Positions 63,398 to 64,000 of a DNA stretch of 64,000 nucleotides are shown here, piece after piece. The position numbers were made by a program, and so were the translations under genes. The stretch covers positions 4,774,001 through 4,838,000 of the forward strand of contig OZ024746.1 of assembly GCA_964016885.1 (NCBI GenBank), in the 5' to 3' direction. The notes below the pieces were generated by a model, which made no database searches, had not been told where the DNA came from, and worked only from the letters and a program-made list of their open reading frames with translations. This DNA is from Eledone cirrhosa. Lineage: Eukaryota. The first letter of the stretch is position 1, and every line of letters begins with the position of its first letter.

Positions 63398-63946
63398 TTA
63401 AATGAATCAGATTTAAAATTTTGTTTGTTTTCGGGAGGGGGGTGAGGTTTAACATAGTCAACCTCCAAAAACCCAGAATAAATTTATTGTTGATATAATT
63501 ATAAATTGGTCAAACATATAGAAAAAGAAAGCAGCATTGGAAAGAAATATAAAGGCCTGAAAATGGTTTTATATTACAGCTAGTTATTGTTATTTAGTCC
63601 TAAGTCAATTCTGGTTGAGTAAACTCATGATCAAAAGACATTCCAGCCATAACCATTCTTTTATTCGGACAATTATAACTAACATGTCCTCCTTTTTACC
63701 TCTTAACATCCTATACAACATGAAACCATATTAGCAAGATATTCTTGAAAAGTACAAAACAGTAATACTATGTTTATATCATATTAAAAATTAAAGCCTT
63801 TAGTTTATAATTTACTGTAAATGTTCACAATGATCTGTCCACTTCTAAATATACTATAAACATTTGAAGAAAAAAAAACATCTTCAGATATTTTTTGCTA
63901 AATCATTAAAGGATGTAAGAATTAAAGACAGTAAGTTGTAATTTAA

Positions 63947-64000
63947 CCCTTTAGTTACCAATACAGCCCAAACATTGGCTCTGGTTCTAAGAAAATTTTA
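63947..64000 (+). mobile_element. MITE family D start, cut by the window edge
   Basis: TTAA-CCCTTTAGTTACCAA. Confidence 0.7.

Overview
This is AT-rich, microsatellite- and transposon-dense animal genomic DNA. The repeat content suggests an octopod cephalopod, but that is inference. The window lies inside the very long introns of a minus-strand laminin beta-chain gene. Only two coding exons are present (28799-28246 and 11625-11508), and together they encode most of the LN domain. The intron between them holds a young, 5'-truncated RTE-clade LINE with a stop-free APE-RT ORF of about 990 codons and a C4HC3 PHD finger inserted in the RT domain; one SINE family shares its 3' tail. Also present are three tRNA-derived SINE families, two TTAA/piggyBac-type MITE families, Tc1/mariner-type MITEs, non-autonomous Helitrons, a decayed CRE/SLACS-type LINE fragment, older RTE fragments and several large minisatellites (45, 26, 28, 16 and 32 bp units). 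The least expected signals are hammerhead-ribozyme-like folds in Penelope-like remnants. One has complete stem I/II/III geometry with a variant CAGAAGA core and also occurs as near-perfect palindromes; another has a long extended stem II. All folds and coordinates were derived by eye and need computational confirmation.
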